In this document: positions 9,842 through 20,407 of the stretch, one piece after another
Layout of the letters: every line of letters begins with the position of its first letter
How positions within the stretch are numbered: position 1 is the stretch's first letter
Virus record (IMG/VR): IMGVR_UViG_3300017917_002814
Span: 32,001 to 96,000 of that record
Reading direction: 5' to 3' (one strand)
DNA length: 64,000 nucleotides
From: a virus
Notes under the pieces: generated by a model
The model's input: the letters and a program-made list of their open reading frames with translations, nothing else
Database searches by the model: none
Told to the model about the DNA's origin: nothing
Program-made: the position numbers and the translations under genes

Positions 9842-10751
9842 TATAGCAGATTTAGATTGCATTTTTTTAACCTATGACGAACCTAAAAAAGAAGAGTTTT
9901 GGATCCAGATTCAAAACATGGTGCCGTGGGCAAAGAGAGTTGATGGAGTTAAAGGGTCTGATGCAGCGCATAAAGCAGCCGCAGCCGCCAGCGACACAGA
10001 CCGTTTCGTACTTATTGATGGAGACAATATTCCGGACCCAGAATTTTTCAACTTACAATTATCGTTGGATGAAAGAAATCATGACCACGTTTTTAGGTGG
10101 AGAGCACGTAATGTTATCAACGGACTCCGTTATGGTAACGGTGGTGTAAGTTGTTGGACTCAAGATTTTGTCAACAACATGCGTACTCACGAGGCCAGTG
10201 ATGGCAGTGAGGAAACTGCGGTAGAATTTTGTTTTAATCCAAAATACACAGCAATGCATAATTGTTACAGTACAACCTATCCCAATGGTAGCGCCAAACA
10301 GGCTTGGCGTGCAGGGTTCAGAGAAGGTGTAAAAATGTGTCTGGATAGAGGACATAAACCTTCGCTGCTGGAATTTGAAGAAGGTGTGAACAAAAGAAAT
10401 TACGATCATTTATGCATCTGGCAAAGTGTGGGCGCGGATATAGATAATGGTTATTGGGCTATGTATGGTGCTAGACTAGGAACCTATATGATAATGCTAG
10501 AGGGATGGGATTACCGTCAGGTGCAGGACTTTGATATGCTAGAAAGATTGTGGGAAAGTTTTAGTAAGGAAGATCCTGAAGAGGGTTGTAAAGGCATTGA
10601 AAGCGCACTCAGAAATAGATTGGGTTTGCCTATAGTTACATATACGCCAGAACAAAGCCGTTTCTTCAAATATCATTATACAACAGGGCAACGTAACAGC
10701 GAAATTATGATGACGGAAATTGATGTAATACGGAGAATAGAAGGATGGTAA
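9822..10751 (+). CDS. GT-A fold glycosyltransferase-like protein
   Basis: FVLIDGDN DxD motif, NGLRYGNGG, AWRAGFREGVK; paralogous to C-terminus of 29133..30986. Confidence 0.55.
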   Translation: MTKQIIDIADLDCIFLTYDEPKKEEFWIQIQNMVPWAKRVDGVKGSDAAHKAAAAASDTDRFVLIDGDNIPDPEFFNLQLSLDERNHDHVFRWRARNVINGLRYGNGGVSCWTQDFVNNMRTHEASDGSEETAVEFCFNPKYTAMHNCYSTTYPNGSAKQAWRAGFREGVKMCLDRGHKPSLLEFEEGVNKRNYDHLCIWQSVGADIDNGYWAMYGARLGTYMIMLEGWDYRQVQDFDMLERLWESFSKEDPEEGCKGIESALRNRLGLPIVTYTPEQSRFFKYHYTTGQRNSEIMMTEIDVIRRIEGW

Positions 10752-11512
10752 TCGGAATTATAGGGTTTGGTGTAGTAGGAAAAGCTGTTTCGGCAGGACT
10801 ATCAAGTATAGGTAATATCTTATGTCATTATGATATCAACGACAATTCAAATTTAAATTCGGTAATAAAAAGTGATTTGGTTTTTATTTGCACGCCTACA
10901 GACACAACCATTGAAGGTAAATGCAATATTAGCTCAGTAGAAACAGTTGTTCAAGAGTTAAACGATAAAAATTTTACAGGAGTAATTGCTATAAAATCTA
11001 CTGTTATTCCTGGCACTACAGATAGACTTATTCAACAATATCCTGAGCTTAAAATTTGTTGTGTACCAGAATTTTTAAGAGCAAAAAGTGCTGCTGATGA
11101 CTTTTTCATGAATCATGATGTGTTAGTAGTAGGGTCGCACAATAAAAAATATAGTGATCTAGTAATTAAAGCACATGGTGCAATACCAAAATCAATATCT
11201 GTCGTTTCTCCGGTTGAAGCTGAGATTGTAAAATATTTTAATAATGTTCATAATGCTCTAGAAGTTGTATTTGCGAATGTGTTTTCTGAAATTTGTACTA
11301 AGGTCGGAGCAGACTATCAAAATGTTTTTAACGCCATAATTCAACGAAATAACATAAATGAGAAATATTTAAAATGCGATAAAAATTATAAAGGATATAA
11401 CGGCCATTGTTTACCAAAAGATACAATAGCATGGTATTATTTTACTAAAAATCTTGGCATTGACATAAATTTATTTCAATCAATTTTACAAGACAACGAA
11501 AGATATATATGA
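10745..11512 (+). CDS. UDP-glucose/GDP-mannose dehydrogenase family protein (short form)
   Basis: GFGVVG Rossmann, KSTVIPGT, PEFL, AEIVKY, GYNGHCLPKD catalytic Cys. Confidence 0.85.
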   Translation: MVIGIIGFGVVGKAVSAGLSSIGNILCHYDINDNSNLNSVIKSDLVFICTPTDTTIEGKCNISSVETVVQELNDKNFTGVIAIKSTVIPGTTDRLIQQYPELKICCVPEFLRAKSAADDFFMNHDVLVVGSHNKKYSDLVIKAHGAIPKSISVVSPVEAEIVKYFNNVHNALEVVFANVFSEICTKVGADYQNVFNAIIQRNNINEKYLKCDKNYKGYNGHCLPKDTIAWYYFTKNLGIDINLFQSILQDNERYI

Positions 11513-12471
11513 AAATTATAGTAACAGGAAGCGAAGGCAGTTTAATGCAAGCATTAATACCTAGATTATTACATTCTGGTCATAGCATAGTTGGCATAGA
11601 TAATCTTTATAGGTATGGTAAACCAAGTGATCGTGCCGGAAAAGATTATGAATTTATAAATCAAGACCTGATAGATAGAGATAAAATTTTTAATATTACA
11701 AAAGGTGCAGACACGATTATACACAGTGCAGCTAAATTATATGGTGTGTTGGGATTACTAAATTATCGAGCCGATATACTAGGTGACGACACCGCTATTT
11801 GTAGTAATATAATGCAAGCCTGCGTTACTAACGATATATCACGTGTTGTATACATGAGTTCTAGCATGGTGTATGACAGTTGTATTCAAGACATCAACGT
11901 TCCATTATCTGAAACAATGACAGATACGTGTCCTTTGCCTAAAACAGATTATGGGTTGAGTAAACTAGTATGCGAAAGAATGATTGAATCCTTTAGGCAA
12001 CAATACGGTATAGAGTATACAATTTGGCGACCTTTCAATATTGTAAGTCCCCATGAGGAGCCAATGACAGAAATTGGATTTAGTCATGTATTACCTGATT
12101 TAATTAAAAACATAACTAAGAAACAACTTAATCCTTTGCCAATAATTGGGAACGGTGAACAAATTCGTTGTTTTACTTGGATCGACGATGTAGTTGATAT
12201 TATAGAAAAATATAGTTTTTCTGAAGCCACAAAAAATGAAACCTTTAATGTTTGTAATGTTGAACCAATTAAAATAAAAGATTTGGCTCAATTAATACAC
12301 GAAACATTTACACAAAAAAACGACAAACTAGAATTTACTACATCAATTGATTATGTACATGATGTTAAAATACGTATTCCTACTATTCAAAAACTTCTAG
12401 ATATTACAGGGCCCTACCGGTTTACTAAAACAAAAGAAAGTGTTCATAGATGCTTGCAACATCAACAGTAG
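11509..12471 (+). CDS. NAD-dependent nucleotide-sugar epimerase/dehydratase (UDP-glucuronate decarboxylase-like)
   Basis: TGSEG, SSSMVY, YGLSK (YxxxK), RPFN, GEQIRCFTWIDD. Confidence 0.85.
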   Translation: MKIIVTGSEGSLMQALIPRLLHSGHSIVGIDNLYRYGKPSDRAGKDYEFINQDLIDRDKIFNITKGADTIIHSAAKLYGVLGLLNYRADILGDDTAICSNIMQACVTNDISRVVYMSSSMVYDSCIQDINVPLSETMTDTCPLPKTDYGLSKLVCERMIESFRQQYGIEYTIWRPFNIVSPHEEPMTEIGFSHVLPDLIKNITKKQLNPLPIIGNGEQIRCFTWIDDVVDIIEKYSFSEATKNETFNVCNVEPIKIKDLAQLIHETFTQKNDKLEFTTSIDYVHDVKIRIPTIQKLLDITGPYRFTKTKESVHRCLQHQQ

Positions 12472-13451
12472 TTATTGAAAATAACAATAAAAAAATTTGG
12501 CATCGTGATAAAGTTATAAACGAAATAATTTTAGCGATCCATAAAAAAGCTGATAAAATAATAGTACATCTTAATAACGAAGGCCCGTGTGCTGAAAGTT
12601 TAGGACTGTATAGTCTCTTAGATAGTATTTGTCAAAATTTTAATTATGATCCTAAGAATATTTCTATTGTTACCTGCAATCTATTAGAAAAAAATGATAA
12701 TTATAATATTGTCATTAATCCTCCAATTAAACATATTGATGTTTTACAAAAAAGACTTATCAAAGAACCGGCAGGATACAAAACTGTAGACAACAACACT
12801 AAACACTTTGGCCATTTTATCGGGCATGGTAATGTCCATAGATTACACGTTGGAAGTATTTTATACAAAAAATACCATAACAAGACAGTACAAACATACC
12901 ACTGTAATATTAAGGATTCGTATCACAGAGAATTTTTGGCGATAGAAGACATAATGTTTGGAAATTACAGTCAAGATGAAATAGATTGTGCTGTTGAATT
13001 TTTAAGAACTACTCCGATAAAATTTGATTTAGATATAGTTGATAGTTATCCTATAAGAGATTACAAGATGTATGATATATCTTTAGCTTATCCATCTATA
13101 TTTGTTGACATTGTAGCACACACTTTCTATTCAGGTAACACTTTTTATTTAGATGAAAAGTTATGGCGGCCTATAATCACAAAAACACCTTTTATAGTTC
13201 AAGGATCTCAGAACTTTATGCACAATCTAAAAAAATTAGGATTTCAAACTTTTGATAGATGGTGGAGCGAAGGATATAGTGAAGACCACGAAGATCACCA
13301 ACCTCGAGAAATTTTATCAATTATCGAGGATTTGTCAAAATTATCTGTAACAGATCTCAGTACAATGTACAAGGAAATGAAACCAGTATTGGATCATAAT
13401 TATAATACGTTTTTAAAGTTAAACAGTGCAAGCTTTGAGGTATTTAAATGA
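12450..13451 (+). CDS. Putative GT-B-like glycosyltransferase (EK..(R/K)PI family)
   Basis: EKLWRPI..PFIVQG..LKKLGFQTFDRWWSEGY motif shared with 19535 and 27866 ORFs; resembles GT10-like C-terminal domain. Confidence 0.45.
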   Translation: MLATSTVVIENNNKKIWHRDKVINEIILAIHKKADKIIVHLNNEGPCAESLGLYSLLDSICQNFNYDPKNISIVTCNLLEKNDNYNIVINPPIKHIDVLQKRLIKEPAGYKTVDNNTKHFGHFIGHGNVHRLHVGSILYKKYHNKTVQTYHCNIKDSYHREFLAIEDIMFGNYSQDEIDCAVEFLRTTPIKFDLDIVDSYPIRDYKMYDISLAYPSIFVDIVAHTFYSGNTFYLDEKLWRPIITKTPFIVQGSQNFMHNLKKLGFQTFDRWWSEGYSEDHEDHQPREILSIIEDLSKLSVTDLSTMYKEMKPVLDHNYNTFLKLNSASFEVFK

Positions 13452-14158
13452 CGCAATTTGTTTATGCGGGAGACAGTTGGGCTTTAAAAGGATTTACTAA
13501 CGATAATTATAACATTGGAAATAATAATCCAATGGCCAATGATGTTAGAATGGCAGATCATTGGGAACTACCTTATACATATTGCTTGACACCGGGCAAA
13601 GGAAATTTGAGTATTTTAGATAAACTCTTAAGAATGAATATTCATGATAATATTCCTATTGTTTGGATTTATACCGAACCAGGTAGAGACTTTGGATATA
13701 TAACCGGGAAAGATGAGTTTGACTGGATAACAAGTGAAGACATTTTTTCTATTAGAAAAGAACTAGATGTTTATATAGTAAATGAAATTAAGAAAAAAAT
13801 TCGTAATCCTATAGCTTTCATTGGGGGACTAAGTGACATTAATATAGAATTAATGCAACAAAATGAGTTTAAAGTATTACACCCAAGTTGGCAACAATGG
13901 ATGGCAGAATATTTAAATAGGACAGAATATTTTAATTTTGGATGGGGAGCTTGCGACATTGGTTGGCGAGCCGATTACAACAATGTTACACCTAGTAAAA
14001 CTGCTTTGTTTGCCTGGGACGAGTTAATCAAAGAATGGTGTATGTGGGAAGACCTGGGTTTTATGTGTCATGAACATCCTACACCTTTATCAAACAAGTT
14101 ATTTGCAGACTACTTGCAGCAAGATGTTTATAATTGGATAGATAGTGTCAAAAAGTAA
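13448..14158 (+). CDS. SGNH/GDSL-like protein
   Basis: N-terminal GDSW, C-terminal EHP. Confidence 0.5.
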   Translation: MTQFVYAGDSWALKGFTNDNYNIGNNNPMANDVRMADHWELPYTYCLTPGKGNLSILDKLLRMNIHDNIPIVWIYTEPGRDFGYITGKDEFDWITSEDIFSIRKELDVYIVNEIKKKIRNPIAFIGGLSDINIELMQQNEFKVLHPSWQQWMAEYLNRTEYFNFGWGACDIGWRADYNNVTPSKTALFAWDELIKEWCMWEDLGFMCHEHPTPLSNKLFADYLQQDVYNWIDSVKK

Positions 14159-15527
14159 ATTTTTATCATCGGCAGAAGAAATGAAGGACCAATTAGGTCC
14201 TAGTCTCTGCTTGGCTAAGTGGCAACAAGTTAGTTTACATCTTCCTACAGGATTAACTAATAGTTGCTATCATCCTCCTTTGCATGAAATAGATGCCACA
14301 TTGTTAAAAGACAATCCTAGTGCGCTACATAATACATCTTACAAAAAAGAACAACGCAAGATCATGTTACGTAACGAGCGCCCGCAGGAATGTAGCTATT
14401 GTTGGACACAAGAAGATTTAGGAAATCTAAGTGACAGACATTACAGATCAGGTGAACCGTGGGCAGCAGAACATTTTGAAACCATTATGAATTCAACAGG
14501 TGATGAGGATCCTGTTCCTTCTTATGTGGAAGTCAATTTTAATCATGCTTGTAATCTCACGTGCTCCTATTGTAGTCCCCAGTTTAGTAGTAGTTGGGAT
14601 GATGAAGTTAGACGATTTGGCGGATATCCCACCAGTACTACTCATAATGATCCTTCCCATTTTGTTGGCCGAAGACGTCCTATACCTCATAGAGAACATA
14701 ACCCATTTGTGGAAGCTTTCTGGGAGTGGTGGCCAAGTTTATATCCAAAACTAAAACACTTTAGAATGACCGGTGGTGAGCCGCTGATGGATCGCAACAC
14801 CTATCGTGTGTTTGATTATGTGCTGGCATTTCCTAAGCCAGATCTACATATTGATGTAACCAGTAACTTTAGCGTAGAAGAAAAGTTATGGCAGCAATAT
14901 TTTGGTTATGTGAGTCAACTGTGTAATACAAACATTGAACACTTTATGCAATATGTCAGTTTAGATTCTGGCATAGCCAAGCATGCCGAATATATCAGAC
15001 ATGGCATGGAATTTAACAAGGTATTAGCGAGGGTTGAATTTTTCTTAAGACATATACCTAACCGCAATAGCCTAACATTTATCATAACGATGAATAATCT
15101 AAGTGTGCTAGGTCTTAAACAACAATTGGAAATTGTGCTGGCCTTACGTAGATATCATAGCACTACATACCAGCGGGTTTGGTTTGATACACCAATACTA
15201 AGACAACCCACTTGGCAAAGCTTACAAATATTGCCACCTGTATATGCCAGACGCTTGCAGGATGTCGTGGATTGGATGAAGGAAAACCTAGAGACAACGG
15301 ATCGTCCATTTCAAGGCTTCAAAGATTACGAAGTGCAACGTATGCAACGAGTATTAGATTGGATGCAAGAAGGTAGCAAATTAGATAGAGAATATGTTAT
15401 AATGCAACGTGCAGACTTTTACAGATTCTTCAATGAGCACGATAAACGTAGAGGAACCTGGTTTGCAAATACTTTTCCTGAAATGAAAGAGTTTTGGGAC
15501 GAATGCCGATATCATGCCCAAAATTAA
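14145..15527 (+). CDS. Radical SAM protein with N-terminal twitch/SPASM-like Cys cluster
   Basis: CNLTCSYC, TGGEP; N-terminal C..KW, CYH, CSYC. Confidence 0.9.
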   Translation: MSKSKFLSSAEEMKDQLGPSLCLAKWQQVSLHLPTGLTNSCYHPPLHEIDATLLKDNPSALHNTSYKKEQRKIMLRNERPQECSYCWTQEDLGNLSDRHYRSGEPWAAEHFETIMNSTGDEDPVPSYVEVNFNHACNLTCSYCSPQFSSSWDDEVRRFGGYPTSTTHNDPSHFVGRRRPIPHREHNPFVEAFWEWWPSLYPKLKHFRMTGGEPLMDRNTYRVFDYVLAFPKPDLHIDVTSNFSVEEKLWQQYFGYVSQLCNTNIEHFMQYVSLDSGIAKHAEYIRHGMEFNKVLARVEFFLRHIPNRNSLTFIITMNNLSVLGLKQQLEIVLALRRYHSTTYQRVWFDTPILRQPTWQSLQILPPVYARRLQDVVDWMKENLETTDRPFQGFKDYEVQRMQRVLDWMQEGSKLDREYVIMQRADFYRFFNEHDKRRGTWFANTFPEMKEFWDECRYHAQN

Positions 15528-16884
15528 CAACGAGACAGACTTAGAATATAGACGCAGAGTAATCGACATCAAGTCAGAATCATTCTGTGGAGCCAAGTGG
15601 TACAATGCAACTATTTGGTTAGGTAGTGGAATGACCACTAGTTGCCATCATCCTTTACCACACAAAGTTAGTATTGAAGAGGTACAAGACAATCCTCGAG
15701 CATTACATAACACACCTAAAAAGAAGTCAGAACGTTTAATGATGCAAACAGGCGAAAGACCGTTGGGGTGCGAGTATTGTTGGAAGATTGAAGATATAGG
15801 TCGTGATAATATAAGCGATCGTGTTTACAAAACAGTAATTTATTCAGACGAGGATCTAAATCATGCATACAACTCAGACCCTAGCGAAGACATCAATCTT
15901 CGAACTCTTGAAATCAGTTTTGATCGTACTTGTCAGTTTGCTTGCAGTTATTGTAACCCTGCATTCAGTAGTACTTGGGTCAAAGACATCAATAACAATG
16001 GACCCTACACTGGGTTGGTGTCTGATGGCAGGAATCATTTTACTCATAGCCATGACAGTGCGCAGCTTTTTAAATTTGGTGAAAATAACCCATACGTCGA
16101 AGCCTTCTTCAAGTGGTGGGAAACGGACCTCCACAAAACCCTAGACGAATTGCGTATAACCGGAGGTGAACCGTTGATGTCAGGATATACTTGGCAATTG
16201 CTTGATTGGTTCAAAAAAAACAAAGGTCGGAGTAAAACAAGACTCGCAATCAACAGTAACTTAGGAACTCAAGTTGATATCAATCGCTTATTTGACAGTG
16301 TGGATGCACCCATTGACTTATACACTAGTAACGAATCTATCAAAAGTCATGCAGAATATATTAGAGACGGATTGGTTTGGGACGATTGGATTAGTAGTGT
16401 AGAACTCATATGTGACAACTTTGCCAATAATAAATTGAGAGGACTGCACATAATGTGTACTATAAATGCGTTATGTTTAGAAAGTTTAGTGGAATTTTTA
16501 GATCGTATAATGCAATGGAAAATGCAATACGGTAGAGATTATCCTAGCTTTACGTTAAATATATTAAGATTTCCCAGTTTCCAGAGCCCTTTAGTATTAC
16601 CCAATGAAACAAGAACAATACATAAAAATAGTTTAGAATCCTGGCTTGCTGCCAACAATAATAAATGTCTACATCAACACGAAGTAAATCATATACAAAG
16701 ATTGATTGATTATTTAGATGTAGTAAAAACTCCCCATGTTGATGCTGCGGAGCAATCTGTTTTGCAAAAAGATTTTAAAAAATTTTACATGCAATACGAT
16801 CAGCGACGTAAAAAAAACTTTCAACAAACATTTCCAAATTTAAAAAATTGGTATGATAAAATACAAGGATTACATATAAAGTAA
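15514..16884 (+). CDS. Radical SAM protein with N-terminal twitch/SPASM-like Cys cluster
   Basis: CQFACSYC, TGGEP; N-terminal C..KW, CHH, CEYC. Confidence 0.9.
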   Translation: MPKINNETDLEYRRRVIDIKSESFCGAKWYNATIWLGSGMTTSCHHPLPHKVSIEEVQDNPRALHNTPKKKSERLMMQTGERPLGCEYCWKIEDIGRDNISDRVYKTVIYSDEDLNHAYNSDPSEDINLRTLEISFDRTCQFACSYCNPAFSSTWVKDINNNGPYTGLVSDGRNHFTHSHDSAQLFKFGENNPYVEAFFKWWETDLHKTLDELRITGGEPLMSGYTWQLLDWFKKNKGRSKTRLAINSNLGTQVDINRLFDSVDAPIDLYTSNESIKSHAEYIRDGLVWDDWISSVELICDNFANNKLRGLHIMCTINALCLESLVEFLDRIMQWKMQYGRDYPSFTLNILRFPSFQSPLVLPNETRTIHKNSLESWLAANNNKCLHQHEVNHIQRLIDYLDVVKTPHVDAAEQSVLQKDFKKFYMQYDQRRKKNFQQTFPNLKNWYDKIQGLHIK

Positions 16885-16889
16885 ATGAC

Positions 16890-18338
16890 ATGACTAAACT
16901 GAATAAGAAAGCCTATGATGCGTTTTTGGGCAGTGATTGGCCATCCTATCAAGATTATTTAAATGATATTTTTCCAAACGATAGCGTCAAACAAGAACTT
17001 ATAGCATTAGAAGAAGATTCCGCAAAGATCAATATTGGATATGATTATCTGTCCTTGATACCATTAAAAGGTGATTTTGAAAAAATGACTGACGATCAAA
17101 AATACAAATTGACTCAGAGCAAGGTTTTTTGTATGTTACCATGGACACATTTTCATGCATTTCCTGATGGTAGAGCATATCCATGCTGTCTTGCAGATTA
17201 TTGGCATCCTGTTGGAGATCTACGGAAAAATACCATGGAAGAAGTTTGGAATCAAGAACCTTATAAGTTGCTAAGAAAAAATATGTTGGAGGACAAACAA
17301 TCCAAAGAGTGTACAAAATGTTACGAAAGAGAAAAACACGGTGCGTTTGCATTACGCAATGATGCCAACCGTAACTACGGGCATCATATTGCTGAAATTG
17401 ATAAAACTCGCAACGATGGATATCATCCAGAATTTCAACTGCGCTATTGGGATGTTAGATTTAGTAATTTGTGTAATTTCAGTTGTCGTACCTGTGGGCC
17501 AATATTCAGTTCTAACTGGTACAACGATCATGTAAAACTTTATAATAGAAAACCAGATGTTCTTGGAAGAGAAATGTTTAGAGTTGAATACACAGCTGGT
17601 AACGAAGATGCAATTATCGAACAGATGCTTCCGCATATTCCATATCTTGAACAAGTTTATTTTGCCGGCGGTGAACCTTTAATAATGAAAGAACATTATT
17701 TTCTATTAGAAAAACTAATAGAATATGGCAAAACTGATATACGTATACAATATAATACAAATTTTAGCGAATTGAGATATAAAGATAAACATGTTTTTGA
17801 CTACTGGAAACATTTTAGTAATGTTAGTGTTGGTGCAAGTCTAGATGCTAGTGGGACTAGAGCCGAACTAATTCGTAAAGGAACCAATTGGAGTCAGACT
17901 TTAAAAAACAGAAAACGCATGATTGAAGAAGTACCGCACGTTGATTTTTATGTCAGTGCAACAGTAAGTGTTATGAACGTATTACATATTTTAGATTTTC
18001 ATAAAGAATGGGTTGACTTAGGCTTGATTTCACCACAAGATTACAACATCAATGTTTGCCAGAGTCCGGACTGGTATAGAATCGACATTTTGCCGGAAAA
18101 ATTTAAAAATGAGATTGTGATACCTGCATATGAAAAACATCTTGAATGGCTAGAGCCCAAAGATGATTTGAAACGTGCCACGTCTGGGTACAGAAGTTTA
18201 ATTAATATGATGAAAGATGAAAACAACAGTCATTTATTATCAAGATTCAAAGATGAAGTGGAAAAATTAGATAGTATTAGAAATGAAAATTTTTGGCAAA
18301 TATTTCCGGAATTACAGATTTTAAATGAAACTACCTGA
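16890..18338 (+). CDS. Radical SAM protein with N-terminal twitch/SPASM-like Cys cluster
   Basis: CNFSCRTC, AGGEP; CMLPW, CC, CTKC; extra N-terminal GSDWP module. Confidence 0.9.
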   Translation: MTKLNKKAYDAFLGSDWPSYQDYLNDIFPNDSVKQELIALEEDSAKINIGYDYLSLIPLKGDFEKMTDDQKYKLTQSKVFCMLPWTHFHAFPDGRAYPCCLADYWHPVGDLRKNTMEEVWNQEPYKLLRKNMLEDKQSKECTKCYEREKHGAFALRNDANRNYGHHIAEIDKTRNDGYHPEFQLRYWDVRFSNLCNFSCRTCGPIFSSNWYNDHVKLYNRKPDVLGREMFRVEYTAGNEDAIIEQMLPHIPYLEQVYFAGGEPLIMKEHYFLLEKLIEYGKTDIRIQYNTNFSELRYKDKHVFDYWKHFSNVSVGASLDASGTRAELIRKGTNWSQTLKNRKRMIEEVPHVDFYVSATVSVMNVLHILDFHKEWVDLGLISPQDYNINVCQSPDWYRIDILPEKFKNEIVIPAYEKHLEWLEPKDDLKRATSGYRSLINMMKDENNSHLLSRFKDEVEKLDSIRNENFWQIFPELQILNETT

Positions 18339-19542
18339 TACCATCTGTATGCTTCCATGGATAAGCATTGAGACTAGTCCAATTGGTTCCGCTAGACCTT
18401 GTTGCCTGGCTAGAGAAGAAATTGTTGACGACAAAGGTATAAAATATGATTTAAATAAGGATAATTTAGAAACAATATATCATAGCCATTACATGCAAAC
18501 TCTTAGACGGCAATTTCGCCAAGGCGAAAAACCCAACACCTGTAAACTTTGTTGGGACGAAGAAGCTGCAGGTAGAACTAGTAAAAGAATGCACAGTCAA
18601 ATACGACTGAAAGAATTATACACAAAAATTGATTGGTTAAATGATAACCCGGACCAATTATGGTTCCTTGATTTGAAGCTTGGTAATATTTGCAATCTAA
18701 AATGTCGTATTTGTGGTTCATGGTCCAGCAGTAAATGGGCTGCAGAAGAATTAGATTACATGCCCAAGGAATTTGATAAAAAACAACACATCGCATATCA
18801 GTGGTTGAAACAAGGAGCGTGGCCTAGAAACAAAGATACCAGTTTTTGGGAAAATTTAAAAAGATTATTGCCTAATATAAAATATATAGAATTTACTGGA
18901 GGCGAGCCGTGGTTGATACAAGAACACTTTGAATTATTAGAATATGCTGTGACACAGGGATTTAGCAAAAGCATTGATATACACTACAATACGAATGCAA
19001 CACAAATGCCAGGCGAATTTGATGCAACAATATGGAAGGAATTTGGCCGAGTTGATATTGCATTCAGTATAGACAATGTTGGCGAAAGATTTGAATATGA
19101 AAGATACGGTGCCAAATGGGAATTGGCAAATAAAATTATTGATTACGTGCATTACAGTCAATCAGCAATACCAAACATTACCACACAACTTTGTTTTACT
19201 ATTAATATTCAAAATGTATATTATCTTGACGAATTATTAGCATGGGCAGACACTAAACCTTTTGGAAGTGTTTATTTTAACATGATGCACAGTCCGGATC
19301 ATATGAGTATACAGCGTATGACTTCACAAGCTCAAGAATTAGTATTGAACAAATTGAAAACTATTTTTTGGTCAAATAAAAATTATCTTAAAGAAATTAA
19401 TAATGTAATTAATTTCATTGAACAGGGTATAGGTAGTGATGGATTAGAATTTTTAGAGAAGATGAAAAAAACTGATAACTATAGAAAACAAAACTTTAAA
19501 GACACACACCCTGAAATAGCAGTGGCCATGGGATATGAGTAA
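18325..19542 (+). CDS. Radical SAM protein with N-terminal twitch/SPASM-like Cys cluster
   Basis: CNLKCRIC, TGGEP; CMLPW, CC, CKLC. Confidence 0.9.
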   Translation: MKLPDTICMLPWISIETSPIGSARPCCLAREEIVDDKGIKYDLNKDNLETIYHSHYMQTLRRQFRQGEKPNTCKLCWDEEAAGRTSKRMHSQIRLKELYTKIDWLNDNPDQLWFLDLKLGNICNLKCRICGSWSSSKWAAEELDYMPKEFDKKQHIAYQWLKQGAWPRNKDTSFWENLKRLLPNIKYIEFTGGEPWLIQEHFELLEYAVTQGFSKSIDIHYNTNATQMPGEFDATIWKEFGRVDIAFSIDNVGERFEYERYGAKWELANKIIDYVHYSQSAIPNITTQLCFTINIQNVYYLDELLAWADTKPFGSVYFNMMHSPDHMSIQRMTSQAQELVLNKLKTIFWSNKNYLKEINNVINFIEQGIGSDGLEFLEKMKKTDNYRKQNFKDTHPEIAVAMGYE

Positions 19543-20407
19543 GTTACAATTAGTTCTGTCAGATAAAGATTACACTTCATTTAATCAGCCTTGGATTATA
19601 GATATCGCTAAAGATTATTTTAATATAGTATATATTGAACATAATCCAAGTATTGACAAAAATGCAATATTTGTTACTAATGCGTTAAACAATAAACAAT
19701 GGTTTTCTTTGGATCATAAATTAATTATTGATAATTTATGGGAAGTTCCTAAAATTGATCACAGAGGATTAGTGCTTACCAACAAGAATTGGTTTTGGTA
19801 TAATGAAAGTTTATGGTACAGATCGCTAGGCTATAATAATTATATTCCCAAACCTAATTTTGCATATAAAGCTTTTATGCCAATAAATATACCGCGACCG
19901 TGGCGTCAGAATATTATTGATAAATTAGATACACGCCTTGATACATTTTTATGGTCGTACAATTCATCGTTAGTAGGAGATATTGATAGAAACCATCTTT
20001 TGTGGCAACGCTATTTTAATCCAGATTGGTATGACCTGTGCGAATTTAGTTTTGTTGTAGAATCTAATTTACAAGCAGTAGAATTTGTTACAGAAAAAAC
20101 TTTTAAACCGATTGCATTTAACCATCCATTTATCGTGTATGGCTCTTGCGGAACCTTAGAGTTTCTTAAAAGAAACGGGTTTGAAACTTTTGATAACATG
20201 TTTGATGAAACTTATGATTATGAAACTAATTCATTATCAAGATTAGACAAATTAATAAAAAATGTTGATCTATATAATGGACGCGATAATAAAGTACAAG
20301 AAAGACTAGACCATAACAGAAATCATTTTTTTAACAAAGACCTTGTAACAAAAAAAATCTATAATGAAATTATTGTAACAATATTAGAATATGCAGAACA
20401 TCTATGA
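19535..20407 (+). CDS. Putative GT-B-like glycosyltransferase (EK..(R/K)PI family)
   Basis: TEKTFKPI..HPFIVYG..LKRNGFETFD..DETYD. Confidence 0.45.
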   Translation: MSKLQLVLSDKDYTSFNQPWIIDIAKDYFNIVYIEHNPSIDKNAIFVTNALNNKQWFSLDHKLIIDNLWEVPKIDHRGLVLTNKNWFWYNESLWYRSLGYNNYIPKPNFAYKAFMPINIPRPWRQNIIDKLDTRLDTFLWSYNSSLVGDIDRNHLLWQRYFNPDWYDLCEFSFVVESNLQAVEFVTEKTFKPIAFNHPFIVYGSCGTLEFLKRNGFETFDNMFDETYDYETNSLSRLDKLIKNVDLYNGRDNKVQERLDHNRNHFFNKDLVTKKIYNEIIVTILEYAEHL

